From the IMG/VR virus record IMGVR_UViG_3300046170_000391: a stretch of DNA of 64,000 bases. One strand, given 5' to 3'. The notes beneath the pieces are model-generated. The model was not told the origin of the DNA, made no database searches, and worked only from the letters and a program-made list of their open reading frames with translations. Shown one piece after another: positions 1 to 10,390 of the stretch; position 1 is the stretch's first letter, and every line of letters begins with the position of its first letter. The translations under genes and the position numbers were made by a program. The DNA is from a virus.

Positions 1-65
1 GATTAAATATATCTGAAATCAGAGCAGAAAGCAATTTTTAATTAAAAATGATTACAGTTCAATAA

Positions 66-863
66 CTAATTTTCATCATTCCACCCACTTCTTCTGTAGT
101 TTTGACGCTCTGGAATAGCAGGATTTAGGATGACCTCTTGATTTGTTTGAAAATTTTTATGAAAGCCTGAGCAGAAGAGTCTTAGTCTTTTAATATCTTT
201 ATGATCTGTGTAGCCGATTGCCGTATATTTCTTGTTATCATAAGGTAAATGGTCAAATTTAGGCAAAGGTTTATTCAAATCTAATATAAAAGTCTCTACA
301 TATAGATCTTCGACTTCTTCTGGAGTAATGTAAATATCGACAGTTCCATTTGAAAGTAATTTATTGACGTATTTTTGACCAGTAATTTCATATTGATAAA
401 ATACTTCATCTAAGTAATGTGAATTAAATCTAAAAACAGAGTATGATTTTGACGTTGGAAATATCTGAACCATTCGTGATTGCCAATTATGAAGTGCGTA
501 CGCAACTGAAGGAATCATCGGGACGGTATAAACTAGATCTTCAAAAAATATATAATCATACCCATCACGCGGTTTCATGTAATTGGCCTTGATAAAGTTG
601 ACTTCAGGGTACTCCTGTTTACAAATATTCTCACAAACAGAGGATGCGTCCATACAATCTACATCAAGGCCAAGAGATAGTGCGTAATTGGTTAATCTAC
701 CTACTCCGCCAGGCACAAAAAGTCCTTTTTTATTAATCCATTCATCTTTATAAGTATCAACAAAAGATTTTTGTAGTTCAAATAATCTTTTATTGTTAAC
801 TTGAAAAGGCCCAGAATCAGTCATTGACGACTGATCACTAGGGTGAGTAATAATTCTCATCAA
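66..863 (-). CDS. putative class I SAM-dependent methyltransferase-like protein
   Basis: Motif I-like LFVPGGVGRL followed by acidic beta2 (VDCMDAS) and YDYIF; last gene of the oxygenase operon. Confidence 0.5.
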   Translation of the reverse strand: MMRIITHPSDQSSMTDSGPFQVNNKRLFELQKSFVDTYKDEWINKKGLFVPGGVGRLTNYALSLGLDVDCMDASSVCENICKQEYPEVNFIKANYMKPRDGYDYIFFEDLVYTVPMIPSVAYALHNWQSRMVQIFPTSKSYSVFRFNSHYLDEVFYQYEITGQKYVNKLLSNGTVDIYITPEEVEDLYVETFILDLNKPLPKFDHLPYDNKKYTAIGYTDHKDIKRLRLFCSGFHKNFQTNQEVILNPAIPERQNYRRSGWNDEN

Positions 864-1579
864 GCAGCCTGTTTTAGCTGTACCATTTCATCAATGTCAA
901 CGAACTGCATAGTCTCATTCTGACACAAACTATCAATCCACTCATTACGTTTTACTACTAACATAAAAGTATTTCTAGGAATTGAAGTGATATTTTGAGT
1001 TCCATGACCAGTGTGATCTGGATTGAAGATCAGAAACTGACCTTTTTGTAGATTAACAGTGACTTGTGAGTCAGCCGTCTTAAAATGGAACCAAGCCCCT
1101 CCGGGCATATCATTGAGTTGTACAAAAATACGAACTGTCTCACCATAGTCGGTGCCTTTAGTGTTATCAAAATCAGTATGAATAGGCATATGATGCCCAG
1201 GTTGTTGTTGAAAAATTCTAATACGAGATTTTTCACACTGGAACCAATCACATATAGCAGCTAGTTTTGGTGATGCAAAATATGAATCTGTATATGAAAA
1301 ATCGGATGGTACATCTTCTTTCCAAAAGTCATCACCTAGTGTGTCATGAAATGTAGACTCACCTGTGGCACTCTTGAATGAGTTGTACAGATAACCAGAG
1401 TGGATACCTTTATCATCATCCGATTGACGAATTGTTTCGTCTTGGCTCTCCTGAGTGCGAGGAGTATATTTTAGATTAGCGAGTTCATTATCCCAGTTAC
1501 CTGTGAAAATATATGAACTAGCATAAATGCCAGTTGAAGGATTATAACCTTCTGGCTCATATTGTTTTAATTCAGTCAT
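860..1579 (-). CDS. Fe(II)/2OG-dependent dioxygenase (Asp/Asn beta-hydroxylase-like)
   Basis: PIHTD (HxD) ... HGTQN...R; AGGAG SD; C-terminus KQAA. Confidence 0.75.
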   Translation of the reverse strand: MTELKQYEPEGYNPSTGIYASSYIFTGNWDNELANLKYTPRTQESQDETIRQSDDDKGIHSGYLYNSFKSATGESTFHDTLGDDFWKEDVPSDFSYTDSYFASPKLAAICDWFQCEKSRIRIFQQQPGHHMPIHTDFDNTKGTDYGETVRIFVQLNDMPGGAWFHFKTADSQVTVNLQKGQFLIFNPDHTGHGTQNITSIPRNTFMLVVKRNEWIDSLCQNETMQFVDIDEMVQLKQAA

Positions 1580-1634
1580 TTTTCTCTCCTTTACTGAGTT
1601 TTCTCAGATTTTTATTATAACGTATTGTAAAAAA

Positions 1635-2174
1635 CTACGCTATATCCCAAATTCTAAATATTGTGTAGTCTTTACAACAATTTCTAATTAGTAATTCACC
1701 ACATATCTTTGTGGCTCCGTAAATATCTATAGGTTTTTCGCCGTTAAATTCATCAGCATAAACTCTACCACCATTCTTATTTGTGGGAATATTGATGATT
1801 TTATTTCTTAAGTGTCCTCGACTAGCTACATCAATCATTAAGCCAATATCTTCTCTGCTGACCCGACCAGGACTGTATTGTTCTTTTTTCCAAATAGCTT
1901 TTGTACTAGTGTAGATTATTCTCCTGTTAGAAAATGCAGAGACAATATTAGATAATCCTCTTACTTCAGTAGTCATCGTATCAATATCACGTCGAGGTTC
2001 TTCTTTTCTGCAAGCACGGGACAAAATTACAATGTTCTTTATGTGAGGGTGCCTATTTGCTAGTTTTTTCCACTCATCTTGTGACCATTCAAATCTACCA
2101 CTTAATGCATATCCATCAAGTTGATTAACTAAATGTTGACCTAGATAACTTGTAGCTCCAATGATACCAATCAT
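1635..2174 (-). CDS. short NAD(P)-dependent epimerase/SDR
   Basis: GATSYLG Rossmann motif, YTST, YGATK (YxxxK). Confidence 0.7.
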   Translation of the reverse strand: MIGIIGATSYLGQHLVNQLDGYALSGRFEWSQDEWKKLANRHPHIKNIVILSRACRKEEPRRDIDTMTTEVRGLSNIVSAFSNRRIIYTSTKAIWKKEQYSPGRVSREDIGLMIDVASRGHLRNKIINIPTNKNGGRVYADEFNGEKPIDIYGATKICGELLIRNCCKDYTIFRIWDIA

Positions 2175-2806
2175 TTTACAAACCCAGTCACGGTAAAAGT
2201 ATATTTTGGGTTAATACCTGCATTACCGCTAAGATGATATACTCCTTCTGGAATTTCAACAGCGTAACCAGAATCATATTTTGATACCATATTATCATGC
2301 ACTTGTAAAAAATGACCCCAATCCCAAGGAGTAATTGCTATGAACCAGCGAGTAATACTGCCATCACCATAACGATCTTTGAAGCCGTTATATGAGTCTG
2401 TATGAAGCGGAAGCATTTGTCCAGGATTGTATTGAAGTAGTCTAACCATGCTTGTTTCCGCATTAAGAGACATTTGATCAAACGCTTGAGTACCTATCAT
2501 AGATTTGAAAATAGTGTCGTTTTCTACTCCCCAGTTCCATTCTTGGGTATTATGTTCATTATAACCTGCCCATATAGACATTACTGATTGGCGCATTGAC
2601 TCATCAGATACAAAGGGTCTAATCGGCCCAATAGATTTATGAATAGCCGTATCTCTGTTCTGGTCAGCCCATTCAACAATTTGTTCCCACGACCAATCGA
2701 GATTAAGTTGAGTTTCTAAAGGACTTATCTCAAAATGATTGTCCAAAGAAACATTATGCTCATCTAAAAAAGTCTGATAATAATCTCTTTTTGCATAAAT
2801 ACTCAT
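2171..2806 (-). CDS. Fe(II)/2OG-dependent dioxygenase paralog
   Basis: LPLHTD ... WDWGHFLQ ... HLSGNAG. Confidence 0.75.
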   Translation of the reverse strand: MSIYAKRDYYQTFLDEHNVSLDNHFEISPLETQLNLDWSWEQIVEWADQNRDTAIHKSIGPIRPFVSDESMRQSVMSIWAGYNEHNTQEWNWGVENDTIFKSMIGTQAFDQMSLNAETSMVRLLQYNPGQMLPLHTDSYNGFKDRYGDGSITRWFIAITPWDWGHFLQVHDNMVSKYDSGYAVEIPEGVYHLSGNAGINPKYTFTVTGFVK

Positions 2807-3510
2807 CTTAGTTTACCACTCCAATGCATTGTAATTTTTGGTGTAACACCGCAATTAGCACTACCGTGATAAATACCCCCTAAAAGATCCCAAGTATCTC
2901 CTGCTTTCCAAGGTTGCATCACATGATTACCATAATGAAAAAAGTGACCCCAATCCCAATCAGAAACAAAAGTCATATATCTACGTAAACGAGAATAATC
3001 AGGATATTCCCCTGTCTTTCTCATATAAGACGAATAAGTATCAACATGACCAGGCATAGTCTGTCCAGCAGGTTGAACAAACAAACTCATGGTCATATCC
3101 TCAAGTGTATCTTCAAACATGGCTTTGAGAGGTTCAAAGAATCTTTCAAGTTCTTCATTAGCAAACTTAAAGTATCTAGTGTTGTGCTCATTGTAGTCAT
3201 TTTGAACCATCCACTGTTTGCAGGTATCAAATATCGGACAATGATTGACAGATTCATTAGCGTGCATAGCGTGACCATCTTTCCAGTGCCAATATTTTTG
3301 TGGAACTCTGATTTCGTTAGACTGGGCTATAGCCCAATTTCCTAACTCGGTCCAGTCTAAATGCTCAGAGTTGTACATGAAAGAATCACCATCATTATGG
3401 TTTTGTTCTTGAGCATTCCAATGCCAGGGTGATTGTTTAATAATTTCTTCAGGTATTGCGTCTTTTGGACTAATAGTAGAATCAATTCTTGCATTTATTG
3501 GATATGTCAT
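2803..3510 (-). CDS. Fe(II)/2OG-dependent dioxygenase paralog
   Basis: MPGHVD ... WDWGHFF ... HGSANCG. Confidence 0.75.
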   Translation of the reverse strand: MTYPINARIDSTISPKDAIPEEIIKQSPWHWNAQEQNHNDGDSFMYNSEHLDWTELGNWAIAQSNEIRVPQKYWHWKDGHAMHANESVNHCPIFDTCKQWMVQNDYNEHNTRYFKFANEELERFFEPLKAMFEDTLEDMTMSLFVQPAGQTMPGHVDTYSSYMRKTGEYPDYSRLRRYMTFVSDWDWGHFFHYGNHVMQPWKAGDTWDLLGGIYHGSANCGVTPKITMHWSGKLR

Positions 3511-4301
3511 TATACTCTTGCCCCACTAATACTACAAGTTAGCTTAAGCCTCATTCCCATATTAGTACTACAATGAGGTCTTGGGATAGGAAGATTGTAA
3601 ACCTCTCCACTTTTCCAGTTAGGAAAGTATGAATTTTCAATCTGTAATACGTGCCCCCAATGCCAATCACTAATCATAACAAGGTCTCTTACAATGGGGC
3701 CAAGATCACACACTTGTTCGTCAACCCTTGGGTTAAGGTGTTTATTATTTCTACACCAATTACCAAGATTGTCATGATGCCAAGGTAGAGTTTGTCCTGG
3801 AAGATATGCAAGTAATCTTACAAGTGCAGTATCATAGTCTATTTTCAAAATATTATCCCAAACACTTCTATCACCAATCAATCTTTTAATTTGTTCATTT
3901 GAATCTCCATAGAGTCCCCAGTTGTATTCAATAGTGTTTCGTGCATTATAACCACACTTCATGGGATAGTTACTAGTAAGTTCACTATCACCACTTCCAT
4001 GATAAGGTCTTCGTTCATAGTATTTTTTCTGACAAGTGTGTTTATTGTTAATCATGTAATGTATAAACTCTTGTTCATCAATATCTAAACGTGCATAGGG
4101 TTTAGCTTCGTAGGTCTCAGTCAGAGTGCTACCAATTTTAGTAGCCCATTCTTCGTAAGCACGATCAGGTCTTGTCTCAAGAAAATCCCATAACGTTAGT
4201 TCTGGCTGTTTAGCCATGACACTCTCTTTAATATAGTATTCAATATCTTTTGGTATCTCGCTATAGTCAGCATTAGTCTGACTAGGTGTTAATTTATCCA
4301 T
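3510..4301 (-). CDS. Fe(II)/2OG-dependent dioxygenase paralog
   Basis: LPWHHD ... WHWGHVLQ ... HCSTNMG. Confidence 0.75.
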   Translation of the reverse strand: MDKLTPSQTNADYSEIPKDIEYYIKESVMAKQPELTLWDFLETRPDRAYEEWATKIGSTLTETYEAKPYARLDIDEQEFIHYMINNKHTCQKKYYERRPYHGSGDSELTSNYPMKCGYNARNTIEYNWGLYGDSNEQIKRLIGDRSVWDNILKIDYDTALVRLLAYLPGQTLPWHHDNLGNWCRNNKHLNPRVDEQVCDLGPIVRDLVMISDWHWGHVLQIENSYFPNWKSGEVYNLPIPRPHCSTNMGMRLKLTCSISGARV

Positions 4302-4926
4302 AAGTTACTCCTGTAATATTTAATGTGAATTGAGTCTTTAATCCAAAGTTTACTCCAAGATGTGGGATGCCCCAAGGAATTTCATATCCATCTCCTACTT
4401 GCCAATGAGAAAGAACTTTATCAGAGATCTGAAAAAAGTGTCCATCTTCCCAAGGAGAGACAGGAAACCAAAGTCTCTTAGCCTTTTCTTTGTGAGCGAG
4501 TGAAAATTTCTGTGTATATGTACTAGCATCGTCAAGGTGAATTGCAATACCGTGACCAGGAACTTTTACAATTAGTCTCATCAAAACAGTATCTGGTAAT
4601 AGATTAAGTTTTGCTAAATTACCGTATCCAAATATTTCTTTGAGTTGTTCATTAGTGTCACCATTATTTCCATATTTGAGTAAGAATGTATTGTGCCTAC
4701 CATACAAAAGATTCATATTATCCCTAACCCTAAGATTACCATCATCAGGATAGTGGTCTTTTTGCCTCTCCCAATCTTGATCTGCTAATTCAAAATAGTC
4801 TTCAGTAAAATCAATAAATGAATCAGAATATAAATTAAGAAAAGGTAATTTAATTAGATCAACAGGTACGTGATCATAATGAGGTACATTATAGTTTAAC
4901 AGGTACTGATATTCTTCTTTATTCAT
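4294..4926 (-). CDS. Fe(II)/2OG-dependent dioxygenase paralog
   Basis: IAIHLD ... WEDGHFFQ ... HLGVNFG. Confidence 0.75.
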   Translation of the reverse strand: MNKEEYQYLLNYNVPHYDHVPVDLIKLPFLNLYSDSFIDFTEDYFELADQDWERQKDHYPDDGNLRVRDNMNLLYGRHNTFLLKYGNNGDTNEQLKEIFGYGNLAKLNLLPDTVLMRLIVKVPGHGIAIHLDDASTYTQKFSLAHKEKAKRLWFPVSPWEDGHFFQISDKVLSHWQVGDGYEIPWGIPHLGVNFGLKTQFTLNITGVTYG

Positions 4927-4927
4927 G

Positions 4928-5911
4928 CTACTCTCCTAAGTCTAGTTCAAAAAGCTTAAAACCTACATTAAGGTTAAGAACTGATTTTGTGTTAATTGTT
5001 GTACCAAGTAAAAACTTATATCTGTCTAGTAAGTCCTTATTAGGATCTTGGTTCATCATGGCTTTTGCCTTTAAAGTAGTAAAATTAATAGTTGAAGAAT
5101 TACGATCAGATTTTATCATAGACGGGTGTTCTTGAGCAACGGGAGTATCTCTTACAACTTCACGGGCTATATGTTTAGTATCACGAGTATCATTAGTGTG
5201 TTTAATATGATTTTTCATAATGTGACATTGTTTAGAATGTAATTTAGGTAAATCTGCTGAAGTAAAGAATAACTCTACATTTTTATGAACGTAGTCAGTC
5301 ACATTTGTTGTATCCCACTGTATATCATAATATCTATTACCAACCTTTTGAACACATGGAGAGAAATCACCATATATATTACAAAAATTACTACCTCTAA
5401 TTCTAGGAGCATACATTGTTCTGATATCTAAATTGTTTTTTCTTTCAAACCATTTATCATTAAGTATCTTTCTATACTCATCATAGCCAACATAATAAGT
5501 TGTAAACTTAGTTTTAGTTAAATGTAGAGATAACTTTTTAAGAAAGGGAAGTGTAAAAGTATTAAGTTCATAATTACCTAGATGATTAAAGTCATTAGTC
5601 AAAGATTGAGTGTAAACAACAATTTCATCTATGTGTATGTTACTTTTTAAAAAACCGTTTAATATAGTTGTAGTATCAGTACCACCACTAAACCATAATT
5701 TAATGTAGGGGTACTTATCTCTAATTTGTTTACATCTTTCGCCGACTAACTCATAAAATGATTCAGTAGGATTACGAGTAAAATCAAAGTTTGTAAAAGA
5801 TTCAGGCATCAATGTACAATTAATATCAAAGATATTGCTTCCAGCAGCTTCAATAGCTTTAAATTTCCTATCGTAATTAATACCTCTATATTCCCAAACT
5901 AGACCTTTCAT
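4928..5911 (-). CDS. PP-loop (N-type) ATP pyrophosphatase, asparagine-synthetase C-domain-like
   Basis: LWFSGGTDT (SGGxD[ST]) motif; no N-terminal glutaminase domain. Confidence 0.6.
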   Translation of the reverse strand: MKGLVWEYRGINYDRKFKAIEAAGSNIFDINCTLMPESFTNFDFTRNPTESFYELVGERCKQIRDKYPYIKLWFSGGTDTTTILNGFLKSNIHIDEIVVYTQSLTNDFNHLGNYELNTFTLPFLKKLSLHLTKTKFTTYYVGYDEYRKILNDKWFERKNNLDIRTMYAPRIRGSNFCNIYGDFSPCVQKVGNRYYDIQWDTTNVTDYVHKNVELFFTSADLPKLHSKQCHIMKNHIKHTNDTRDTKHIAREVVRDTPVAQEHPSMIKSDRNSSTINFTTLKAKAMMNQDPNKDLLDRYKFLLGTTINTKSVLNLNVGFKLFELDLGE

Positions 5912-6594
5912 TGAAGTTCAGCATTTCCAAAGAAAGATATGTCAGTAAATCCAGATATTTTAAGTATTGGACGATGGGAAAAAGATGCGTTAGCAGTTGA
6001 ATGAGGTTGACCTCTCCAATGAAAATCTATTACATCTCCTTTTTTCCAACCAGACCATTGCTTTTTTCCCATCTGGAACATCCACCCATCTTCCCAATCA
6101 GATAGTGCTACAAACAGACGACGTAGTTTAAGTCGGTGTTTGGGTTGACGATTTATAGTATCAAATGGCAGACTATGAAGAGATTCAAAATTCCTACAAA
6201 AAGTTCTCATATTGTCATAGTGTAAAACTTTTACAGTATTTGGCGGCTGTACGTTTACATCAGCTTGATATTCATCCTTAAAGCCTAAGAAATCAATAAC
6301 CTTTTGACAAAAATCGTCAGGGTAGTGCCTGTCATAACCATGAGTATAGTTGTGAGTTTCTAAACGTCCTCTCTCAGGATTCATCATAGCGGCTTGAGTA
6401 CCTACACGGAATTCGGTAGGGGGGATTAAATAAGTAAAATTATTACCAACATTACCTAAGTAAGTATAAGCACTTGTATCATAATCCCAGGTGATGGTAT
6501 TTTTCTCAATCTCTGCTTCATCATAGTTTTCACACAATGAAATAAAGTCAGAAACAGTATCGAGTGAGTTGTAAAGTTGTTTATAATCAACCAT
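5908..6594 (-). CDS. Fe(II)/2OG-dependent dioxygenase paralog
   Basis: VLHYD ... WEDGWMFQ ... HSTANAS..R. Confidence 0.75.
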   Translation of the reverse strand: MVDYKQLYNSLDTVSDFISLCENYDEAEIEKNTITWDYDTSAYTYLGNVGNNFTYLIPPTEFRVGTQAAMMNPERGRLETHNYTHGYDRHYPDDFCQKVIDFLGFKDEYQADVNVQPPNTVKVLHYDNMRTFCRNFESLHSLPFDTINRQPKHRLKLRRLFVALSDWEDGWMFQMGKKQWSGWKKGDVIDFHWRGQPHSTANASFSHRPILKISGFTDISFFGNAELQ

Positions 6595-6689
6595 AAATTA
6601 CGCCTTTGCAATAAATTTATGGAGAAATGCAAATATGAAAATGTAATAACGAGTACCTGCATACTCCAGTTATGTATTAATTATATTTA

Positions 6690-7286
6690 TTATTTTAACA
6701 GATGACCAGTAAAAACAATTAAAAATCTGTCATCTAGTCCAGCATTAACGAAACCATGCTCTACACCATTTGGTATTCTAAAAACATCGCCTTGTTTCCA
6801 AGAATTAAGAGCAAAGCCTTCTCCGTAAAAGATATGACCTAACTTACTGTCTTCTAAAGGTATCCATGCTCTCATAATACCTTTACCTATCTCTCTAGTT
6901 TCTTCCTCAGTGTATAAAGTTCCGTCTGGTTTCTTTTGTGATAAGAATGAGGGGTAAAAATCTACATGAGGAGGCTCAAAGTTTCCTGGCTTTGTCCACA
7001 CAACTTTTGCAACCCACTGTTTACTAACATCATAATTTAATTCTTCGAACCATTTGATAGGAAAATATCTTTTATCAGTAACATCTAGTCCAGCATTTAC
7101 ATTGTTATGCCAACCGTAGAATTTTTGGTATTGTTGTTCTTTTTCAGAGCGTGTAGGTAGTGCATAATCATTTAGAGCACTACTAACATGTTTTAGGTTA
7201 CCATAACCTACACTTTTCATATGTTCTAAAATATCCGCGTAAGGAAGATAATCATGAAAACCGAGATAAGGAAAACTCACAACCAT
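6690..7286 (-). CDS. Fe(II)/2OG-dependent dioxygenase paralog
   Basis: PPHVD ... LGHIF ... HGFVNAG..R. Confidence 0.75.
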   Translation of the reverse strand: MVVSFPYLGFHDYLPYADILEHMKSVGYGNLKHVSSALNDYALPTRSEKEQQYQKFYGWHNNVNAGLDVTDKRYFPIKWFEELNYDVSKQWVAKVVWTKPGNFEPPHVDFYPSFLSQKKPDGTLYTEEETREIGKGIMRAWIPLEDSKLGHIFYGEGFALNSWKQGDVFRIPNGVEHGFVNAGLDDRFLIVFTGHLLK

Positions 7287-8041
7287 TTATCCTCTTCAAA
7301 ACGCATGGCAATCTTATCTTTATCCTCAACCAAAAACTGTGCAAAAGATCTACCAGAATAATAAAAGAGTGTCTTCACAGAGTTAGAGGTTTCTGGGAAC
7401 CATCCATGCATGTATTTTTCACCAAGACGTGCTAATAGCTTCTCATCTGCGTCTCTATAATCAATATCATGAGTTTTTGTATATACACGATCAGCTATAG
7501 TTTCAACATCGTAACTAGCATCTTCCATATATAATGCGATATCATATATTGTATACTGTTCATCACCAGTAATGTGCAGAGGTGTTTTCCAAGTAAAATT
7601 ACTAGTTAATGTGTAGTGAATTACATGAGCAAGTGCCTCTGGGTCTAAATAAGGAGCTGATCCTCCAAAACGATAATCATACAAAACTTTATCACAATAC
7701 TGTTCATAAAAAATAGCGTTCATCAATGGGGCTATAGCTAAAGTAGTAACATACAGCCCTGCCTCCTCTGCAAATGAATCAAGCTGTTGATGAATCATTC
7801 TGTAAGGACCAAGAGATCCAAGCTTAACAATATGTTGAATACCTCTGTCGGCACAATACAATAAAAATTCTTTACTCTGCTCAACAGTCTTTTCTTTTTT
7901 CGGAACGTACATAAACATCTTATCAAGATTATCTACTTGATTCCAAGTGCTTTTATCGAAGATATCGACATCTATATAGTTTACGTCTTTAGGAAAATAT
8001 TGTGATAGAATTGTATTTTTTCCAAAGTATCCTATGTTCAT
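7277..8041 (-). CDS. NmrA-like atypical SDR (NAD(P)-binding)
   Basis: GIQHIVKLGS, H..LD and LHITGDEQYT elements resemble the NmrA family; degenerate glycine loop. Confidence 0.5.
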   Translation of the reverse strand: MNIGYFGKNTILSQYFPKDVNYIDVDIFDKSTWNQVDNLDKMFMYVPKKEKTVEQSKEFLLYCADRGIQHIVKLGSLGPYRMIHQQLDSFAEEAGLYVTTLAIAPLMNAIFYEQYCDKVLYDYRFGGSAPYLDPEALAHVIHYTLTSNFTWKTPLHITGDEQYTIYDIALYMEDASYDVETIADRVYTKTHDIDYRDADEKLLARLGEKYMHGWFPETSNSVKTLFYYSGRSFAQFLVEDKDKIAMRFEEDKWL

Positions 8042-8179
8042 CTTTTTACTAATCCTGTTGAGGTTCTAAGTTTACGCTTAAGTTTCTTAAAATTTTCTTT
8101 AAGTTTAATACGTTTCCTAGATTCATGAGTTTTATTCTGCATCTTAGGATCAAAATAATCATTAATTGGGTGAGAGCCG

Positions 8180-8386
8180 CTACGATTTTTCAACAACGGC
8201 CTCCACTAGCATTCTTTGCAACTTTTCAATCTCAGAATTCTTACGGTCAATCTTTTTATATGATTGTTGAAGGTGAGTTTGAAGTTCATTTACATTTCTC
8301 TTTAAAATATCAATCTGTCCTTCTTTTTCCATAAGAGCATCTCTCAGTGTCTCTTCAGTAGATTTAGTGTGATCTTGCCAATTCAT
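8180..8386 (-). CDS. small coiled-coil hypothetical protein
   Basis: AGGAGG SD, heptad pattern. Confidence 0.55.
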   Translation of the reverse strand: MNWQDHTKSTEETLRDALMEKEGQIDILKRNVNELQTHLQQSYKKIDRKNSEIEKLQRMLVEAVVEKS

Positions 8387-8395
8387 ATTTACCTC

Positions 8396-9118
8396 CTATG
8401 ACTCTACAAAGGCACGCTCAAGTACAAAAGTTCCAGGTTCATTGCGAGTGCCTTCAACAAACCCCCTATCTTCAAGTATCTCTTTCATATCTTCATTAAA
8501 ACTCATATTACCACAAAGCATGATGCGAGCATTATCGGGGGTTATGTGTTTTAAGATATTATCCGTTTTAAGCATAGTAGTAATTCTTTCATTATTCGCC
8601 CACGGCTCTTGAGTTACTATAGGTATATAAAGTATATCTACTTCCTCACCTAAAAACTCGTCAAATGCTTGCAAATCTTTTTTGTGGGAAACAGACCAAA
8701 CAACAAAAATGCAATTAAATTGCTCATAAGTATAAGGATCACGTAAAATACTGATAAATGGAGCAATACCAGTACCAGTAGCAAAAAGCCAAAGATTATC
8801 ATTTTCTTTATGAGCAGTAAGATTAGTCATAAGTAAAGAACCAGTTGGTTTTTTACCTATCATAATTTCATCTCCAACTTCCATTTGTGAAAGTTGAGAA
8901 GTGAAAGCTCCGTCAGTTACATTTATTGAGTAGAACTCTAAGTATTCATCATACGGGCCGGATGTATATGAATAAGCTCTTTTTAACTTACCGTCTAGAG
9001 TAAGCATATTAAACTCCCCTGCGGTGAATCGGTGAGATGCTGGACGCTCAGTTCTAAAGCAAAATAGCTGATCTGTATAATGATGTATATCAGTTATGAG
9101 CACTTGATCAAATGTCAT
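8396..9118 (-). CDS. fpr: ferredoxin(flavodoxin)-NADP+ reductase
   Basis: RAYS FAD motif, GAFTS, ATGTGIAPF, MLCGN, C-terminal ERAFV. Confidence 0.92.
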   Translation of the reverse strand: MTFDQVLITDIHHYTDQLFCFRTERPASHRFTAGEFNMLTLDGKLKRAYSYTSGPYDEYLEFYSINVTDGAFTSQLSQMEVGDEIMIGKKPTGSLLMTNLTAHKENDNLWLFATGTGIAPFISILRDPYTYEQFNCIFVVWSVSHKKDLQAFDEFLGEEVDILYIPIVTQEPWANNERITTMLKTDNILKHITPDNARIMLCGNMSFNEDMKEILEDRGFVEGTRNEPGTFVLERAFVES

Positions 9119-9458
9119 CTATAAGCTTGCTCCAAGTTTTTAATTTTTTTCTTTTGTATAAGGCTCTCTCTTCAAGATCATCAACTTTAACTACTCCAAA
9201 CTCAACTAAAAGTTGAATCATACAATAAACGTCACCAATCTCTTCTTTAAGTAGTTTATTAGTGTAATGATTATTATGTTTTATTGATTTGCTACACGCT
9301 TGAGTAAGTTCGCCACACTCTTCCATAGTAATAACCATAAGTTGTAAAAGTGCGTCTTTTTTGAAATGATAATTAGAAGTCAATTTGCCCAAGTCCTGAA
9401 CCAAAAGGTGAACCATGACGAACGTCGTGATGAGCGTGTTGATTTTTCTCATCTTCAT
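9108..9458 (-). CDS. MazG-like nucleotide pyrophosphohydrolase (true start probably ~9383)
   Basis: EECGEL ... EEIGDV acidic motifs. Confidence 0.8.
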   Translation of the reverse strand: MKMRKINTLITTFVMVHLLVQDLGKLTSNYHFKKDALLQLMVITMEECGELTQACSKSIKHNNHYTNKLLKEEIGDVYCMIQLLVEFGVVKVDDLEERALYKRKKLKTWSKLIDDI

Positions 9459-9568
9459 AAGGACAATCTTTTATATTACAAGGCCAAATAGCAGGTTCGC
9501 TATCTGACGCACTCCACAGATTGATAGTACAAATAGAACACTTACCTACTGCTTCTCCAAAGTCTTTT

Positions 9569-9784
9569 TTAGCCACAATCAAATATCCCCATAACATAAT
9601 TTTCTGCACAATCTTCAGCATAACGCTCACTATGGTCGTATAGTGGTCGTTTTTCTACATGACCATCTTGTAGATACATATTAACATAGAATCCCTCTTC
9701 ATTTTTACAAACATGAGCGATTCTATCTTTATACTCACCCTCTCCCCAATAAGTACTAATAATCATCTTCATCCTCCGAGTCAT
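9569..9784 (-). CDS. hypothetical phage protein
   Basis: Compact ORF in operon; HSERYAEDCAENYV. Confidence 0.55.
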   Translation of the reverse strand: MTRRMKMIISTYWGEGEYKDRIAHVCKNEEGFYVNMYLQDGHVEKRPLYDHSERYAEDCAENYVMGIFDCG

Positions 9785-9931
9785 AATTTATAGCAGGTAG
9801 TTCAATTTCATTAATTTTTATACAGTCTATAAGTTCGTCTGTAGTCATGTACTTAATCAATGATGTTACAAGATAATAGGGCTCTACCCAGCCGTCTTCC
9901 ATACCTTCAATAATTTGATCTCTGATATCCA

Positions 9932-10390
9932 TTAGTCTTTATCCCATGAATGTTCATAATATACTAAAAAACCCATACCACCCAGCTCATTCCACTTCTG
10001 GATAGTCCAGCGTTTATCGTCATACAACACATCGCCTGGTTGACAGTATGGAAGTTTGTCTTTAGATTGTTCAACTACAATTATATCTTCACTCTTAAAT
10101 CCGAATTGATTCAACCAGAAGTGTTTATTTTCGATTACAGTGCTGATGTGTTCTTTCTTATAGTGAGACCCTCTGGCAGTGAGAATTTTCATGTCTTTCT
10201 CTCTGGCATACATCTCTCTAAAAAATTCCATGTTTTTAGTTGGAGGTGAAGTTCTAAATATTTGAGTGTAGTTATCTGCCATAAACTTTTCCAGTTTACC
10301 GTGTCCACCAAACAAGTCACCTTCCCAACCAAGAGCAACACACCCTACATAAAAGTCAGCGATTACACCGTCAACATCTAAATATATCAC
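9932..10390 (-). CDS. HAD-superfamily 5'(3')-deoxyribonucleotidase-like protein
   Basis: IYLDVDGVIADF, ILTAR, K, LYDD motifs. Confidence 0.8.
   Translation of the reverse strand: MIYLDVDGVIADFYVGCVALGWEGDLFGGHGKLEKFMADNYTQIFRTSPPTKNMEFFREMYAREKDMKILTARGSHYKKEHISTVIENKHFWLNQFGFKSEDIIVVEQSKDKLPYCQPGDVLYDDKRWTIQKWNELGGMGFLVYYEHSWDKD

Noticed and set aside
860-7286. Halogenase activity among the dioxygenase paralogs
   Set aside because: All retain HxD rather than the HxA/G of Fe/2OG halogenases.
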